A stretch of DNA of 64,000 nucleotides from Candidatus Bathyarchaeia archaeon (GTDB lineage: Bacteria; Patescibacteriota; Microgenomatia; PFEM01; JAFGMK01), in contig DATKWK010000035.1 in assembly GCA_035529595.1 (NCBI GenBank), positions 241,067-305,066 of the forward strand. The letters run 5' to 3'. The translations under genes were made by a program, and so were the position numbers. This document shows, piece after piece, positions 46,976 to 56,377 of this stretch (positions are counted from its first letter, which is position 1; each line of letters begins with the position of its first letter). Below the pieces are notes generated by a model. It had not been told where the DNA came from. It was given only the letters and a program-made list of their open reading frames with translations, and did not search any database.

Positions 46976-47719
46976 ATGTTAGACCACTTGGAAGAAGAAC
47001 TTAATATCGATGAACCTTCGGAACAAGGTGAAGCTAAAAAAGGGGAGCCTGTATTTACATCCTATATATTAGAGCCTCTTTATTCTGGATGGCTTAACCT
47101 TTGCAGACCAGAAGGAACAGAATACTTTGTAATTGTAGACCTTCGCCCCGATTCTGGCGTAAAACGGGTGAAGACCGAAACAACGTTTGAAGGTTTGAAT
47201 CCTTCGGAAAACCGGATTGTAGAAGCTTCTTTAAAAGCAGCTGATTCTTATTTAACAGATGGTCATTTGAGAGATCTAAGAGCCTATTACCAGTCCTGGA
47301 GAGAAATTAAAGCTGCCGATCAAGTAACCGACCAATTAGCTTACTACGATCCAACAGTATTAGAAGGTGGTGGAGAAGTTGGTTTAAGGGTAGAGCCTGA
47401 ACTCAAAGAATATCTGGTTTTTCAAGATGATAGAGCTTTAGACGAGATAAAAAGAGATCTTCTTGGTGAGTCTCTAGAGGCTTGGCTTCAGACATTCAGA
47501 GAAAAATTTGAAAAAAGTGAGCCATTTTTTTTTAATTATTTTGTTTTTACATCTTTTGGTGGTTATAAGTATAAAAAGGGATCGGATGGCGAATTAAGAC
47601 AAACTAAAAGAGTTCGTGAAGGCCGGAGACCACCCGTAGAAGTTGAAGATAAACCTATAACTTGGGATACATTTGAAGAAACTGCAAGGAAGTTCGTCTT
47701 CGCAGAATTGTCCACTTAA
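46976..47719 (+). CDS. Hypothetical acidic protein
   Basis: 247-aa ORF about 110 bp downstream of repeat copy 2. No motifs recognised. Confidence 0.4.
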   Translation: MLDHLEEELNIDEPSEQGEAKKGEPVFTSYILEPLYSGWLNLCRPEGTEYFVIVDLRPDSGVKRVKTETTFEGLNPSENRIVEASLKAADSYLTDGHLRDLRAYYQSWREIKAADQVTDQLAYYDPTVLEGGGEVGLRVEPELKEYLVFQDDRALDEIKRDLLGESLEAWLQTFREKFEKSEPFFFNYFVFTSFGGYKYKKGSDGELRQTKRVREGRRPPVEVEDKPITWDTFEETARKFVFAELST

Positions 47720-47749
47720 AAAGTGAAATAGGTAGTCACTCTTGGAATA

Positions 47750-47812
47750 GAATTCTTTCACGCCCGGTGTGTAATTGTATTGACAACTTAGGTATTTGGT
47801 AATATTTTTTAT
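47750..47812 (+). repeat. Promoter/operator-like repeat, copy 3, directly abutting the 3' end of tRNA-Glu
   Basis: ttctttcacgcccggtgtgtaattgtattgacaacttaggtatttggtaatatttttt. Confidence 0.55.
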
Positions 47813-47815
47813 CTG

Positions 47816-47888
47816 TGACCCCACGGGGATTCGAACCCCGATTACTGGGATGAGAACCCAGTGTCCTAAACCGTTAGACGATGGGGCC
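47816..47888 (-). tRNA. tRNA-Glu (anticodon CUC)
   Basis: The reverse complement folds as a cloverleaf: acceptor GGCCCCA/TGGGGTC, D-arm GTCT-AACGGTTTA-GGAC, anticodon stem CTGGG/CCCAG with loop TTCTCAT, T-arm CGGGG-TTCGAAT-CCCCG, discriminator A. CCA is not encoded. Confidence 0.8.
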
Positions 47889-47936
47889 GTGACCAGCTTA
47901 TTTTAGCAGAATGACGATCAGGTTAGCAAGAAAACA

Positions 47937-48716
47937 TCAGCTCTTTTGAGACCTGAAGAGAGGAGCAATAAAAAGTTCGTAAAACCAACCAAGAGGAATT
48001 GAACCAAGACAAATATTAACCGACTCATCAAGAATCCTTGACAGCCAGAACAAAAAAATTGAGTCAGAGATATCAAAAGCGTTATTTCCGGCCAAATATA
48101 TAAACATTATCCACATCCCGGTAAAAATAAGAAAGACGGACAAATTCCTTAAGGGTTTCTTTTTGCGAAAAAGTTTACCGGCCAAAACCACTATCAGCAA
48201 TACAAAAATGAGGATAAAAAACATGAGGATAAAACTGCCAATAATCCGGTCAATATCGCTAAACTTTTCCCTCGCTATTTGTTTCCAGAAAAGATCAATC
48301 TCATCATTAATCAAAGAAAGCAGAAAAAAGGCCAAGGCGACCGAAAACAAAAAAGTCGATACCGGAGGCTTGAAACTAATTATTTCCGCGTGTCTGCTCT
48401 CCGGCATCTTGAAAGTTTTTGAGTTAGATAAGGCATTACTTACCAAAAATAAAACTAATGCCAATCCGGCAAGCATTGCTATGGACAAGCCTGAAACCGA
48501 ATAAGACTGGTAATCTTTACCCAGTGAAATTCTTCCAAACAGCAAGTCAGGTAAGTTATAAGCAAGAACAAGAGCTGCCAGAATTATACCGATATAGGCT
48601 GAAGCCGAAAACCAAAATTGGCCAAAATCAAGAAAAAGAAGCACCTTTTTAACCTTCTTCATATTTGACCAAGCCAAAGATTTAATCAAAAAGAAATTTG
48701 CTTGATTTCCTGCCAA
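47937..48716 (-). CDS. Polytopic membrane protein, hypothetical
   Basis: 6-7 TM helices. The likely start is the internal MKKVKKVLLFL (about 48662), which avoids overlap with the upstream gene. Confidence 0.4.
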   Translation of the reverse strand: MAGNQANFFLIKSLAWSNMKKVKKVLLFLDFGQFWFSASAYIGIILAALVLAYNLPDLLFGRISLGKDYQSYSVSGLSIAMLAGLALVLFLVSNALSNSKTFKMPESRHAEIISFKPPVSTFLFSVALAFFLLSLINDEIDLFWKQIAREKFSDIDRIIGSFILMFFILIFVLLIVVLAGKLFRKKKPLRNLSVFLIFTGMWIMFIYLAGNNAFDISDSIFLFWLSRILDESVNICLGSIPLGWFYELFIAPLFRSQKS

Positions 48717-50758
48717 CTTTTTTCGTCCAGAACGACAATTCGGTCATCGGCAATAATGTACAAGTAATCATTTATATAAACTGCCCGACGGGCAACAATA
48801 TCCTTAACCTCGGCCTTCAGCTCAAGCTTATTATCCCGGTAGCTGAAAACATAACCGCCGTTGCTGGCCGGCAAGAAGAACACCTTATACTTGGGATCGA
48901 TTAAAAACGCATGGTGGGTTTGTAAAATATCTGACCAAAACTGATCCAGCAGGTATTTATCTTCTTCAACCGGATTGCTGGCCGAAAGCACGTTGAATAA
49001 AGAAATTTTTACCCGTGATCCCTCTTCACCGATTCCCAAGATATATTTACTGTCAATTGGATGCAAATAAGACGAATAGCCGGGGACTTTCAATTCACCG
49101 GCAAGCTGGGGGTTACGCGGCTGGCTCAGATCGAGAATATGAAACGGGTCTACCTGTCTGAAGGTAACCAAATAACCTTTATCTTCAATAAAACGGGCTG
49201 AATAGATCTGTTCCCCCAATCCCAAATCCCGAATCGAACCGGTGACTTTTAAATCTTTATCAAGAACATAAACATCGTTTGCGCTTTGACCACCGCCAAA
49301 ACTGCCGATAAAAGTATCGCCTATCGTTACGGCCAGTCGCAAATTATCCCGATACTCATCCAGAGAAAATTGGTTTAACAGATGTCCCGGAACTCCAGCC
49401 GCAGCCACTACTTCTAATTTAGTCAAGTTGATCTTGACGATGCCGGTCTTTTCCAGTTCCCTTTTATTTTTCCGGTAGAACGCGTCCATCTGCTGTTGTA
49501 AACTGTTTTCTAATTGTTTTCTTTGTTCTTCGTCTAAAGAATTGTAAAGTTGTTGAAGGGCCAAACTTATCTCCACCATTTTTGATTGTTCACTGATCTG
49601 ATATTCTTTTAATTCGGCTATTCTCTCAAAAATCCAGGCAGGAATTAAGCCCTTACCTTCTTGTTCAAGAAAAGCATAATAAAAATCAGCCAAACCGGAC
49701 TGGCAGAAATAAGTAAGATAGAGAGACTTCGGTGACATATAAATCAGCGAAGAATCAGCGGGACCGGCAAAAGCCAATGTATCTTTAACTTTACCGGTAT
49801 TGGGATCGGTGACAAAAATAGTATAAACCGCATCGAGAGGAACTGCCGCTAATGGCCGATAAATTTCATTGCAGGAAAGACTAATCTCTGTCTGGCCCTG
49901 AGTCATGGGGGTAATCGGACAAGGTTTTCCCGGATTGATCGTTTGTTTGATAACAGTATAAATCTCCTTCTGATAAAGACGGGCGCTGACTAATTTATTC
50001 TGGTCTTTAAATTGAATCACCCATTTTTCTTTTGGATTGGCAGAATCGGAAATATCGAATCCGTAAATTTGTGAATCAGTAAAAATCACCAAAGATTTGT
50101 CGTTGATAAGCAGATCGCCCCTTTTACTTATCGGAGTCCTTAATGACAAAGACGCAGGCGGAAAAGCATTGATAACCTGGACCTGGTCCTTGGGACCGGC
50201 AATTTTCTCTTCCTGTATCAAACCCGGCTGACGCACTAGCGGGTAAGCATAAAAAGTCGAGGAAAAATAGATATCGGAGCCGTCTGTTTTAACAATATCC
50301 GGTTCGTCAATCCCTTTGACCTGAACATTTGTCCCCGATACGCGCTCCGGCGACCAGCCCTTTTCCTGGTCAAAAGACTCTGCCGGAGAAAAAGAAGCCG
50401 GTTCCTGATTCAGTCTCAATAAACCGGTATTAAAAGGATCGGTTAATCCGGAAGGCGCTTTTTGGAGATAATTCCTGAATTCGTCTTCTGATTTAAATTT
50501 TTCGATGCCGGGTTTAAACGTAAAAATCGGCTGAGACTGGGTGGCCGTTTTGGTTTTCAAGGATTCGGACGGGGCTTTTTTCTGTCTGTTCCAAAAAAAT
50601 CCGCCGGCGATCAGGAATAGGGACAAAAAAAGACTCAAAAACATCACCTTGGACAGGGCGCTTTTCTTGACGATTGCCTGGGAACCAGAAAACACGGCTT
50701 TACCAGGCAAATTCTGCTGATTCTTATTAAGATCAGAATTTTGATTTTTTAAAACCAT
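48686..50758 (-). CDS. Membrane-anchored secreted beta-propeller domain protein (PF09826-like)
   Basis: N-terminal TM. DEPDIVKTDGSDIYFSS and repeated YVLDKDL / YLVTFRQVDPFHILDLS blocks are typical of the secreted beta-propeller family. Confidence 0.45.
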   Translation of the reverse strand: MVLKNQNSDLNKNQQNLPGKAVFSGSQAIVKKSALSKVMFLSLFLSLFLIAGGFFWNRQKKAPSESLKTKTATQSQPIFTFKPGIEKFKSEDEFRNYLQKAPSGLTDPFNTGLLRLNQEPASFSPAESFDQEKGWSPERVSGTNVQVKGIDEPDIVKTDGSDIYFSSTFYAYPLVRQPGLIQEEKIAGPKDQVQVINAFPPASLSLRTPISKRGDLLINDKSLVIFTDSQIYGFDISDSANPKEKWVIQFKDQNKLVSARLYQKEIYTVIKQTINPGKPCPITPMTQGQTEISLSCNEIYRPLAAVPLDAVYTIFVTDPNTGKVKDTLAFAGPADSSLIYMSPKSLYLTYFCQSGLADFYYAFLEQEGKGLIPAWIFERIAELKEYQISEQSKMVEISLALQQLYNSLDEEQRKQLENSLQQQMDAFYRKNKRELEKTGIVKINLTKLEVVAAAGVPGHLLNQFSLDEYRDNLRLAVTIGDTFIGSFGGGQSANDVYVLDKDLKVTGSIRDLGLGEQIYSARFIEDKGYLVTFRQVDPFHILDLSQPRNPQLAGELKVPGYSSYLHPIDSKYILGIGEEGSRVKISLFNVLSASNPVEEDKYLLDQFWSDILQTHHAFLIDPKYKVFFLPASNGGYVFSYRDNKLELKAEVKDIVARRAVYINDYLYIIADDRIVVLDEKSWQEIKQISF

Positions 50759-50846
50759 TTTTGGGGTATAAAAATGTTTCTTTATCTAAGCCAATTATCC
50801 AAAATCGTTAACAGTTATACAAGAACCAGTCCGGAAAACCCCTAAA

Positions 50847-51884
50847 TTATTCAGCCTGTGGTATCTTTTGCATGGCTTGCTGATACATCTTTAAGATCCG
50901 GTCTTCCAGTTGTTTAATATTTTCTTTGGTAGCGGCTGAAATGATTACGAAATTATGCTCTCTTTTTGAGAAAGAATTTTTTATGGTGATAATTTGCCTT
51001 TTATTAAGCAAATCTTGTTTATTAACAACTACCAAGCCAGGCGTATCGAGAAGTTTTTTATTATAAGCTTCTAATTCAGCCTGGATCTGCTTAAATTGAC
51101 TTAATAAAGACCGGGTTAATTGCCTTCCCTTCAGGTTAAGCTCCTGCTCCCGGGGAGATAACAGATAAATGAACAACTGGCAGCGCTCGATATGCTTTAA
51201 AAATTGAATGCCCAAGCCCTTTCCTTTGGAGGCGCCTTCTATTAATCCGGGGATATCAGCAATCACCAAACCGTTTTGTTGACCAGGGATTTTCATAATT
51301 CCGAGGTTGGGTGAAAGAGTCGTAAAAGGGTAACTGGCGATTTTCGGTTTTGCCTTAGTAAGAACAGAAAGAAGGGTACTTTTGCCGGCATTGGGCTCGC
51401 CAACTAAGCCGACCTGGGCCAAAACTTTCAATTCTAACTGCAACTGATACTCTTCGCCAAAATGTCCTGCCTCTGCTTCCCGGGGAGTGGTATTAGTACT
51501 GCTTCGAAAATACCAGTTACCGCGACCGCCTTTCCCGCCTTTGGCGATACAAAATTGCATATCCGGTTGATCAAGATCAACCAAAAGACGGTCGTTGCAG
51601 TAAACCACGGTTCCTACCGGAACCGGCAGGAAAATGTCTTCACCGTCTTTGCCATGCTTTTTGGCCCCTCCTCCCGGCCGGCCATCTTCAGCCTGGAAAA
51701 TGCTTCTTCCGGAAAAGAAACGCAGAGTGTTTAGATTGGGTTCGGTGAAAAGATAAACTGATCCGCCGTCACCGCCGTCACCGCCATCCGGTCCGCCTTT
51801 GGGAACAAATTTCTCCCGCCGAAAGCTAACCCGGCCGTTACCGCCGTCACCGGCTTTAATTTTAAATTGAACCTCGTCAATCAT
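50847..51884 (-). CDS. obg: GTPase Obg/CgtA
   Basis: N-terminal glycine-rich Obg fold (GGNGRVSFRREKFVPKGGPDGGDGGDGGSV) and G domain with GLVGEPNAGKSTLL and DIPGLIEGA. Confidence 0.9.
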   Translation of the reverse strand: MIDEVQFKIKAGDGGNGRVSFRREKFVPKGGPDGGDGGDGGSVYLFTEPNLNTLRFFSGRSIFQAEDGRPGGGAKKHGKDGEDIFLPVPVGTVVYCNDRLLVDLDQPDMQFCIAKGGKGGRGNWYFRSSTNTTPREAEAGHFGEEYQLQLELKVLAQVGLVGEPNAGKSTLLSVLTKAKPKIASYPFTTLSPNLGIMKIPGQQNGLVIADIPGLIEGASKGKGLGIQFLKHIERCQLFIYLLSPREQELNLKGRQLTRSLLSQFKQIQAELEAYNKKLLDTPGLVVVNKQDLLNKRQIITIKNSFSKREHNFVIISAATKENIKQLEDRILKMYQQAMQKIPQAE

Positions 51885-52000
51885 TCTTCTTAGTATATCA
51901 ATAAAAAGCTAATATATTCGGAGGAATTATTTTGTCTTTATTCTTTAATTGAAATTCGAAGTGATTTCATTTTAAGACAAAATCTTGGTGGTTTACTTAG

Positions 52001-52867
52001 TTAAAGAATTAGGACAGCCTCATCATCTCTGCCGGATTTCCGGCCAATATAGATATCTTGATTAAACTCATTAACACCAACCAATTCGGCCTCTGCGCGT
52101 AAAATTGACTCATAAGGCCGACAGGCAGAACAGCCGTCTTTCTGGGGACACTTAAACCGCTCTAGCTGGCGAATAAGCTTAATGCGCTTGCCGATCTTTA
52201 AGACCCTTCTGTGGGCTTCTTTAAGATCAGGCAGAGCCTCTTCAGTCGGTTGATCGTTTCGTTCCAGATGCCAATAACTTACTTTGGTAACCGGTCTTTT
52301 TTGGCAATTACGTGCCAGCAGAAAATAAATCGGCAGTTGTAACGATTTAGGACTTTCGCCGGCCTTTCCGGTTTTGAAGTCAATGATGTGAACGCTATCG
52401 CTAGCCGGCAGATATTCCAGCCAGTCAATCTTACCGCAAAGAATCAGATTATCTTCTTCCGAAAGCCAATAGAAAGGCAAATTTGTCTTCAGTTTAAGAG
52501 CCAGATTAGACAAAGGTCCGGGGTTTTTTGCCAACCGGCTAATCATCTCTATGCCACGACTTCGATATCTGGCTTCGATCTTCGGATCTATAAATCCACC
52601 TTTTTTTCCGCTCAACTTTTGCCAAATACGGGCAAATATATCCATTAAAGGCTCATTAAATCGCCTGTCTTTAGGCAATAGCGAAAGCAATTCAACCACT
52701 TCATGAACCGCCTGACCTAAAGCTAAAGGAGGAGTCATTAATTTAATTTTGTGGCCGGTATTGGGATCACGATAAATGTTTTTCAGATAATAAGCCCGGG
52801 AGCATTTCAAAAAATCGCTAATCGAGGTATGGGAAATCCAAACCGCAGTATAACGATCAACTGCCAT
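52001..52867 (-). CDS. PD-(D/E)xK nuclease with a Cas4/RecB-like cysteine cluster (standalone Cas4-like)
   Basis: N-terminal Cys (FLKCSRAYY), a core HIIDFKTGK (D/ExK block) and a C-terminal CPQKDGCSAC cluster. Confidence 0.5.
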   Translation of the reverse strand: MAVDRYTAVWISHTSISDFLKCSRAYYLKNIYRDPNTGHKIKLMTPPLALGQAVHEVVELLSLLPKDRRFNEPLMDIFARIWQKLSGKKGGFIDPKIEARYRSRGIEMISRLAKNPGPLSNLALKLKTNLPFYWLSEEDNLILCGKIDWLEYLPASDSVHIIDFKTGKAGESPKSLQLPIYFLLARNCQKRPVTKVSYWHLERNDQPTEEALPDLKEAHRRVLKIGKRIKLIRQLERFKCPQKDGCSACRPYESILRAEAELVGVNEFNQDIYIGRKSGRDDEAVLIL

Positions 52868-52920
52868 GATTTTCTTGCCAAAAAAAATTATTTATTTTTT
52901 ATAAGAGGGTCATCAGATGT

Positions 52921-53493
52921 TTATTCGATACAACAATCAACTACCTTTTTTACCAATTCTCCCAGTTTATCAAAAAAATTATTGCCTTTTCTGGTGGCGA
53001 TTGTTTGTGAATTGACAAACTCGGCCTGATTAAAACCCATCTCTTTTAAACTGGCTTTGATACTGTTACTTTTAACGACCCCCAAATTTATACCCCAAAA
53101 TAAGGAATACAACTTGTAGGCCAGATTAAAAAATTCCCACGCTTCTTGTTTCTGATTATTGCTTAAACTCTTAGTTCCAACTTCATTCAGACGCATTGAG
53201 GCGGCTAAAAGATGCTTACTGATGCACCAAGCTTCGCCTTCGTAATCCTTAATAATCTTTTTGAGAAGAGTTTTTCGCATCTCCCGAACCTGGTTTAAAA
53301 CGTCAAGATAAGCAATTTTCCCTGTCTTCGTCGCCGTAAAGAAAAGGTGCTCTTCGATACCAACCAAATTCATAATCGCTACTGACAAATCTTCTTGCGT
53401 AGATAGGTCAAATTTACCCTGCTTTTGTATTTTTTTGACCTTACCAAGCAAATTCTGAACATCTTTTTCCAAATCCGGATTACTTTTAGTCAT
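52921..53493 (-). CDS. Hypothetical protein
   Basis: 190 aa, helical, no motifs. Confidence 0.35.
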   Translation of the reverse strand: MTKSNPDLEKDVQNLLGKVKKIQKQGKFDLSTQEDLSVAIMNLVGIEEHLFFTATKTGKIAYLDVLNQVREMRKTLLKKIIKDYEGEAWCISKHLLAASMRLNEVGTKSLSNNQKQEAWEFFNLAYKLYSLFWGINLGVVKSNSIKASLKEMGFNQAEFVNSQTIATRKGNNFFDKLGELVKKVVDCCIE

Positions 53494-53496
53494 TTT

Positions 53497-53955
53497 CTAG
53501 CAAAAAACTAACTGAAAGATTAAACTTGTCGAAACTACCATTGCTAACGGAATCGCTACTTTCTGAAAAGGGAAAAATACTTTCCCTTGGTTTTTACTTC
53601 TTAACCACCGGTCAAGCAAATTCCCTAAAAAAATGAGAATCGTTCCTAAGGTTAAGCCAAACAATATTTTATCCAAGCCCCACAACTGGCACGATGGATG
53701 ACCGATTTTTCCTTGCAGATAAAGAGTCGCTACTGTTAACAGATAAAAAATCAATGTCCAGGAAATCTCAGGTTTCGGCAATTTGATTTTATGGAATTTT
53801 TGCGCTAACCAAAGCGCGCTCACGGTTACCAAAGCGCCAATCCAAATCGCCGCCACTAAATCATCAACACCCAGCATTTTCGCCATTGCCAAGCCGCCGC
53901 CGACGGCAATCATACAGACCGGACAGGTAGCCAAGACTGGTTTTACGAATATCAT
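53497..53955 (-). CDS. Small polytopic membrane protein, hypothetical
   Basis: 152 aa with 4 TM helices and an N-terminal CPVC. Confidence 0.35.
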   Translation of the reverse strand: MIFVKPVLATCPVCMIAVGGGLAMAKMLGVDDLVAAIWIGALVTVSALWLAQKFHKIKLPKPEISWTLIFYLLTVATLYLQGKIGHPSCQLWGLDKILFGLTLGTILIFLGNLLDRWLRSKNQGKVFFPFQKVAIPLAMVVSTSLIFQLVFC

Positions 53956-54068
53956 AAATATTTTTTACTAAATAACTTATTTTCTTAAAAAGCTGTTAAA
54001 TTATACCTCAGCCTCTCAAGTAATTATACACCGAAACAGACTAAAACCAAAAAACATTCACTTCATAA

Positions 54069-54097
54069 AACCCTATAGGGTTTGTTATAATAAAAAC
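54069..54097 (+). promoter_or_regulatory. 14-bp perfect palindrome AACCCTATAGGGTT abutting an extended -10 (TGTTATAAT) that ends 6 nt before the GTG start at 54098
   Basis: aaccctatagggtt (54069-54082), tgttataat (54083-54091), aaaaac, gtg. Confidence 0.35.
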
Positions 54098-55588
54098 GTG
54101 GGTAAAGAAACGGGACTAAAAATATCCGGAAACGAGTACGTTCCTGGTAAAGCCATCGAAACGGTCTTAATCGCCTTGGAAGCACTGGGTGTGACTGCCG
54201 ACCTAAATGGTTGGTCCGGCGTAGTGTCTGATGAAAAGCCATCGGAGACAATCCTGACACTCTATTCTTGCAGAAACAGGACAACCGCAGCAACTGAAGA
54301 CCTGGCGATAGATATCAGTTTTTTCAGAGGGCTGGGAGAAATATCATTAGCCCAGGCGGCCGTTACCCAAATTACGGTCACCAGAAGATCACGGAGTGCA
54401 AGCGGGACAGAAACAGTAATTAGCGCTCGGACCAATAAAGCAGAATTGAAAGGCAGTTCTCTTGTCTGGCAAGCCGTTAGTTTTCAAAACTTTGAGGAGG
54501 TAGAATTTGCAGCTCTTGGTTTCTACGGGAAAAAAGATATCTTATCAGCTGCTGTTAAAACGAAAGGACAACCAAAAATCCGGTCTGCATATTTGGTCGA
54601 ACCGGATTATGGCCTTAGTCAAGGCTCTATCCCTACCCGTTTAATCAGCCGAAAAAAATTAAGACAACTGCTCTGGCAGCTAAGCGAAGCCTTAAATTTA
54701 CCGCCGGGAGCTTATATAAGCGATACTTTTGACGTAAGCAATTTTTTCAATCATCTGATTACTATTCATAAACCATCAATTCCGGAAATAATGGCTGCTG
54801 CGGTAATTTCTGCTGTTAAGGCACCTCCAGACTTAGCCATATTCCATACGGAAGCCGCTGGTATCCGCCGTTACATGGGATATGCGGAAGGGATCTTTTT
54901 CGACAACACGGCTGGCCATACCGTCCGCTGTATCAATCGCACCAATCGCCCCGAACAGTTACCTTCTTTATCCCGTCGGCAGGAATTAAACAGAAGGCTA
55001 TTTGAAGTTGTACAAAGAATCCTCTGGCTTCATGATCTGCCTGAGATTTTTACCGGTGACTACCTCGCTCCGGATAAAGACGCCCATCCAGAGCTGGCTG
55101 CCGCTGTAAGCGAAGAAGAACTGGCAGCCGCACATCAGCACTTCAGCCCGAAAGATGAAATTCTCTTGCTTGCCTTTAATCAGGCAAGCGCTGCTCTTAA
55201 AGAAGGGCAAACTACCGGTAGAATCCTACCCGAAGCCGTCATTGCCAAAATCATCGACATCGTCGACGGTAATGAATTCTTTCACTGGTCTTTGGCTCGT
55301 TGGGTGGCATCCGCAAGTTATGATCCGGCGATGATGCCGAATGAGAAAGCTCTTGTTTATACAATGGATTCTTACCAAAGATGCCGGGCAAGTTTAACCA
55401 GCCTGGGTTTAAACCTAAGATGTTTGAAGGTGACCACTGCGCTTTTGGTTAACCAATTGGCGTATGTTACCGCTCAATGGCAAAGAGTTCCACCAGAACG
55501 AATCCCGCCGATATTGGCTGCAAAATTGAAGTGGATAGAAGCAGAACTGCAAGAAGCTAAAGCAACCAATCAAGGCAAAATAATCTAG
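54098..55588 (+). CDS. Protein with a C-terminal YfbR-like HD domain (5'-deoxynucleotidase family) and an N-terminal region of about 300 aa of unknown function
   Basis: ILWLHDLPEIFTGDYLAPDK closely matches the YfbR block MYHDASEVLTGDLPTPVK. It is the only long plus-strand gene in this stretch. Confidence 0.45.
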   Translation: MGKETGLKISGNEYVPGKAIETVLIALEALGVTADLNGWSGVVSDEKPSETILTLYSCRNRTTAATEDLAIDISFFRGLGEISLAQAAVTQITVTRRSRSASGTETVISARTNKAELKGSSLVWQAVSFQNFEEVEFAALGFYGKKDILSAAVKTKGQPKIRSAYLVEPDYGLSQGSIPTRLISRKKLRQLLWQLSEALNLPPGAYISDTFDVSNFFNHLITIHKPSIPEIMAAAVISAVKAPPDLAIFHTEAAGIRRYMGYAEGIFFDNTAGHTVRCINRTNRPEQLPSLSRRQELNRRLFEVVQRILWLHDLPEIFTGDYLAPDKDAHPELAAAVSEEELAAAHQHFSPKDEILLLAFNQASAALKEGQTTGRILPEAVIAKIIDIVDGNEFFHWSLARWVASASYDPAMMPNEKALVYTMDSYQRCRASLTSLGLNLRCLKVTTALLVNQLAYVTAQWQRVPPERIPPILAAKLKWIEAELQEAKATNQGKII

Positions 55589-55614
55589 AAAAGAAAAATA
55601 AGGCGCTCAATTTA

Positions 55615-56361
55615 TTAGGCTTCAATTTTGGAAAAAAGAAAACTCCCGATTGCCAAAACGATCAAACTAAGAAGAGTTAAAATTAAAATGTCCGAAGCCA
55701 AACCGAAATGGGAAACATTTACTAAGGTTTGGCGTAAACCGTCTACTCCGTAAGACAAAGGATTGAGACTGGTAATGGTTTGCAATAATTTAGGTACCCC
55801 CTGTAGAGGAAACAGGGCGCCTGAAAGGAAATAACTGGGCATCACCAGAAAATTCATGATCAGTTGAAATCCATGGAAATCCTCAAGCAGTGAGGCAATT
55901 GCCGTACCTACTGCAGTGTAGAAAAGGGATATCAAAAACATAACCAGCAGGGCAATGGGCAAAGATACCAGACTTACCGGCCGGAAACCAACAATGAGAC
56001 TCAGAATAAAAATCATAATTCCCTGGAAAACCGCAATCGTCGCTCCACCCAAAGTTCGACCGAGCATAATTTCAAATCGGGAAACCGGCGCTACCAAGGT
56101 CTCTTTTAAAAACCCAAATTGCCGATCCCAAATTAGTTCCACTCCGGAAAAAACGGCCAGAAAAATGATTCCCTGGGCAATTACTCCCGGAACAAGAAAA
56201 TTAAGATAACTGCCGCCACCGGCTTTGGCAAATACCGGTCCCAATCCATAGCCTAAAGCTACCAGAAAGAGAATCGGTTGGCCTAATGAACCGATTATCC
56301 GCGACCGCGATCTGAAATAACGCTTCAGTTGCCTTAACCAAAGTACATAGATAGTACTCAT
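55615..56361 (-). CDS. ABC-2 type transporter permease
   Basis: 248 aa with 6 TM helices. Downstream of an ABC ATPase. Confidence 0.7.
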   Translation of the reverse strand: MSTIYVLWLRQLKRYFRSRSRIIGSLGQPILFLVALGYGLGPVFAKAGGGSYLNFLVPGVIAQGIIFLAVFSGVELIWDRQFGFLKETLVAPVSRFEIMLGRTLGGATIAVFQGIMIFILSLIVGFRPVSLVSLPIALLVMFLISLFYTAVGTAIASLLEDFHGFQLIMNFLVMPSYFLSGALFPLQGVPKLLQTITSLNPLSYGVDGLRQTLVNVSHFGLASDILILTLLSLIVLAIGSFLFSKIEA

Positions 56362-56377
56362 AGTAAGTTTAAAAAAA

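Noticed and set aside
54063-54293. Minus-strand ORF 54063..54293 (76 aa, Arg/Pro-rich)
   Set aside because: It overlaps the promoter and 5' end of the plus-strand HD-domain gene. Its low-complexity basic translation is typical of an antisense shadow.
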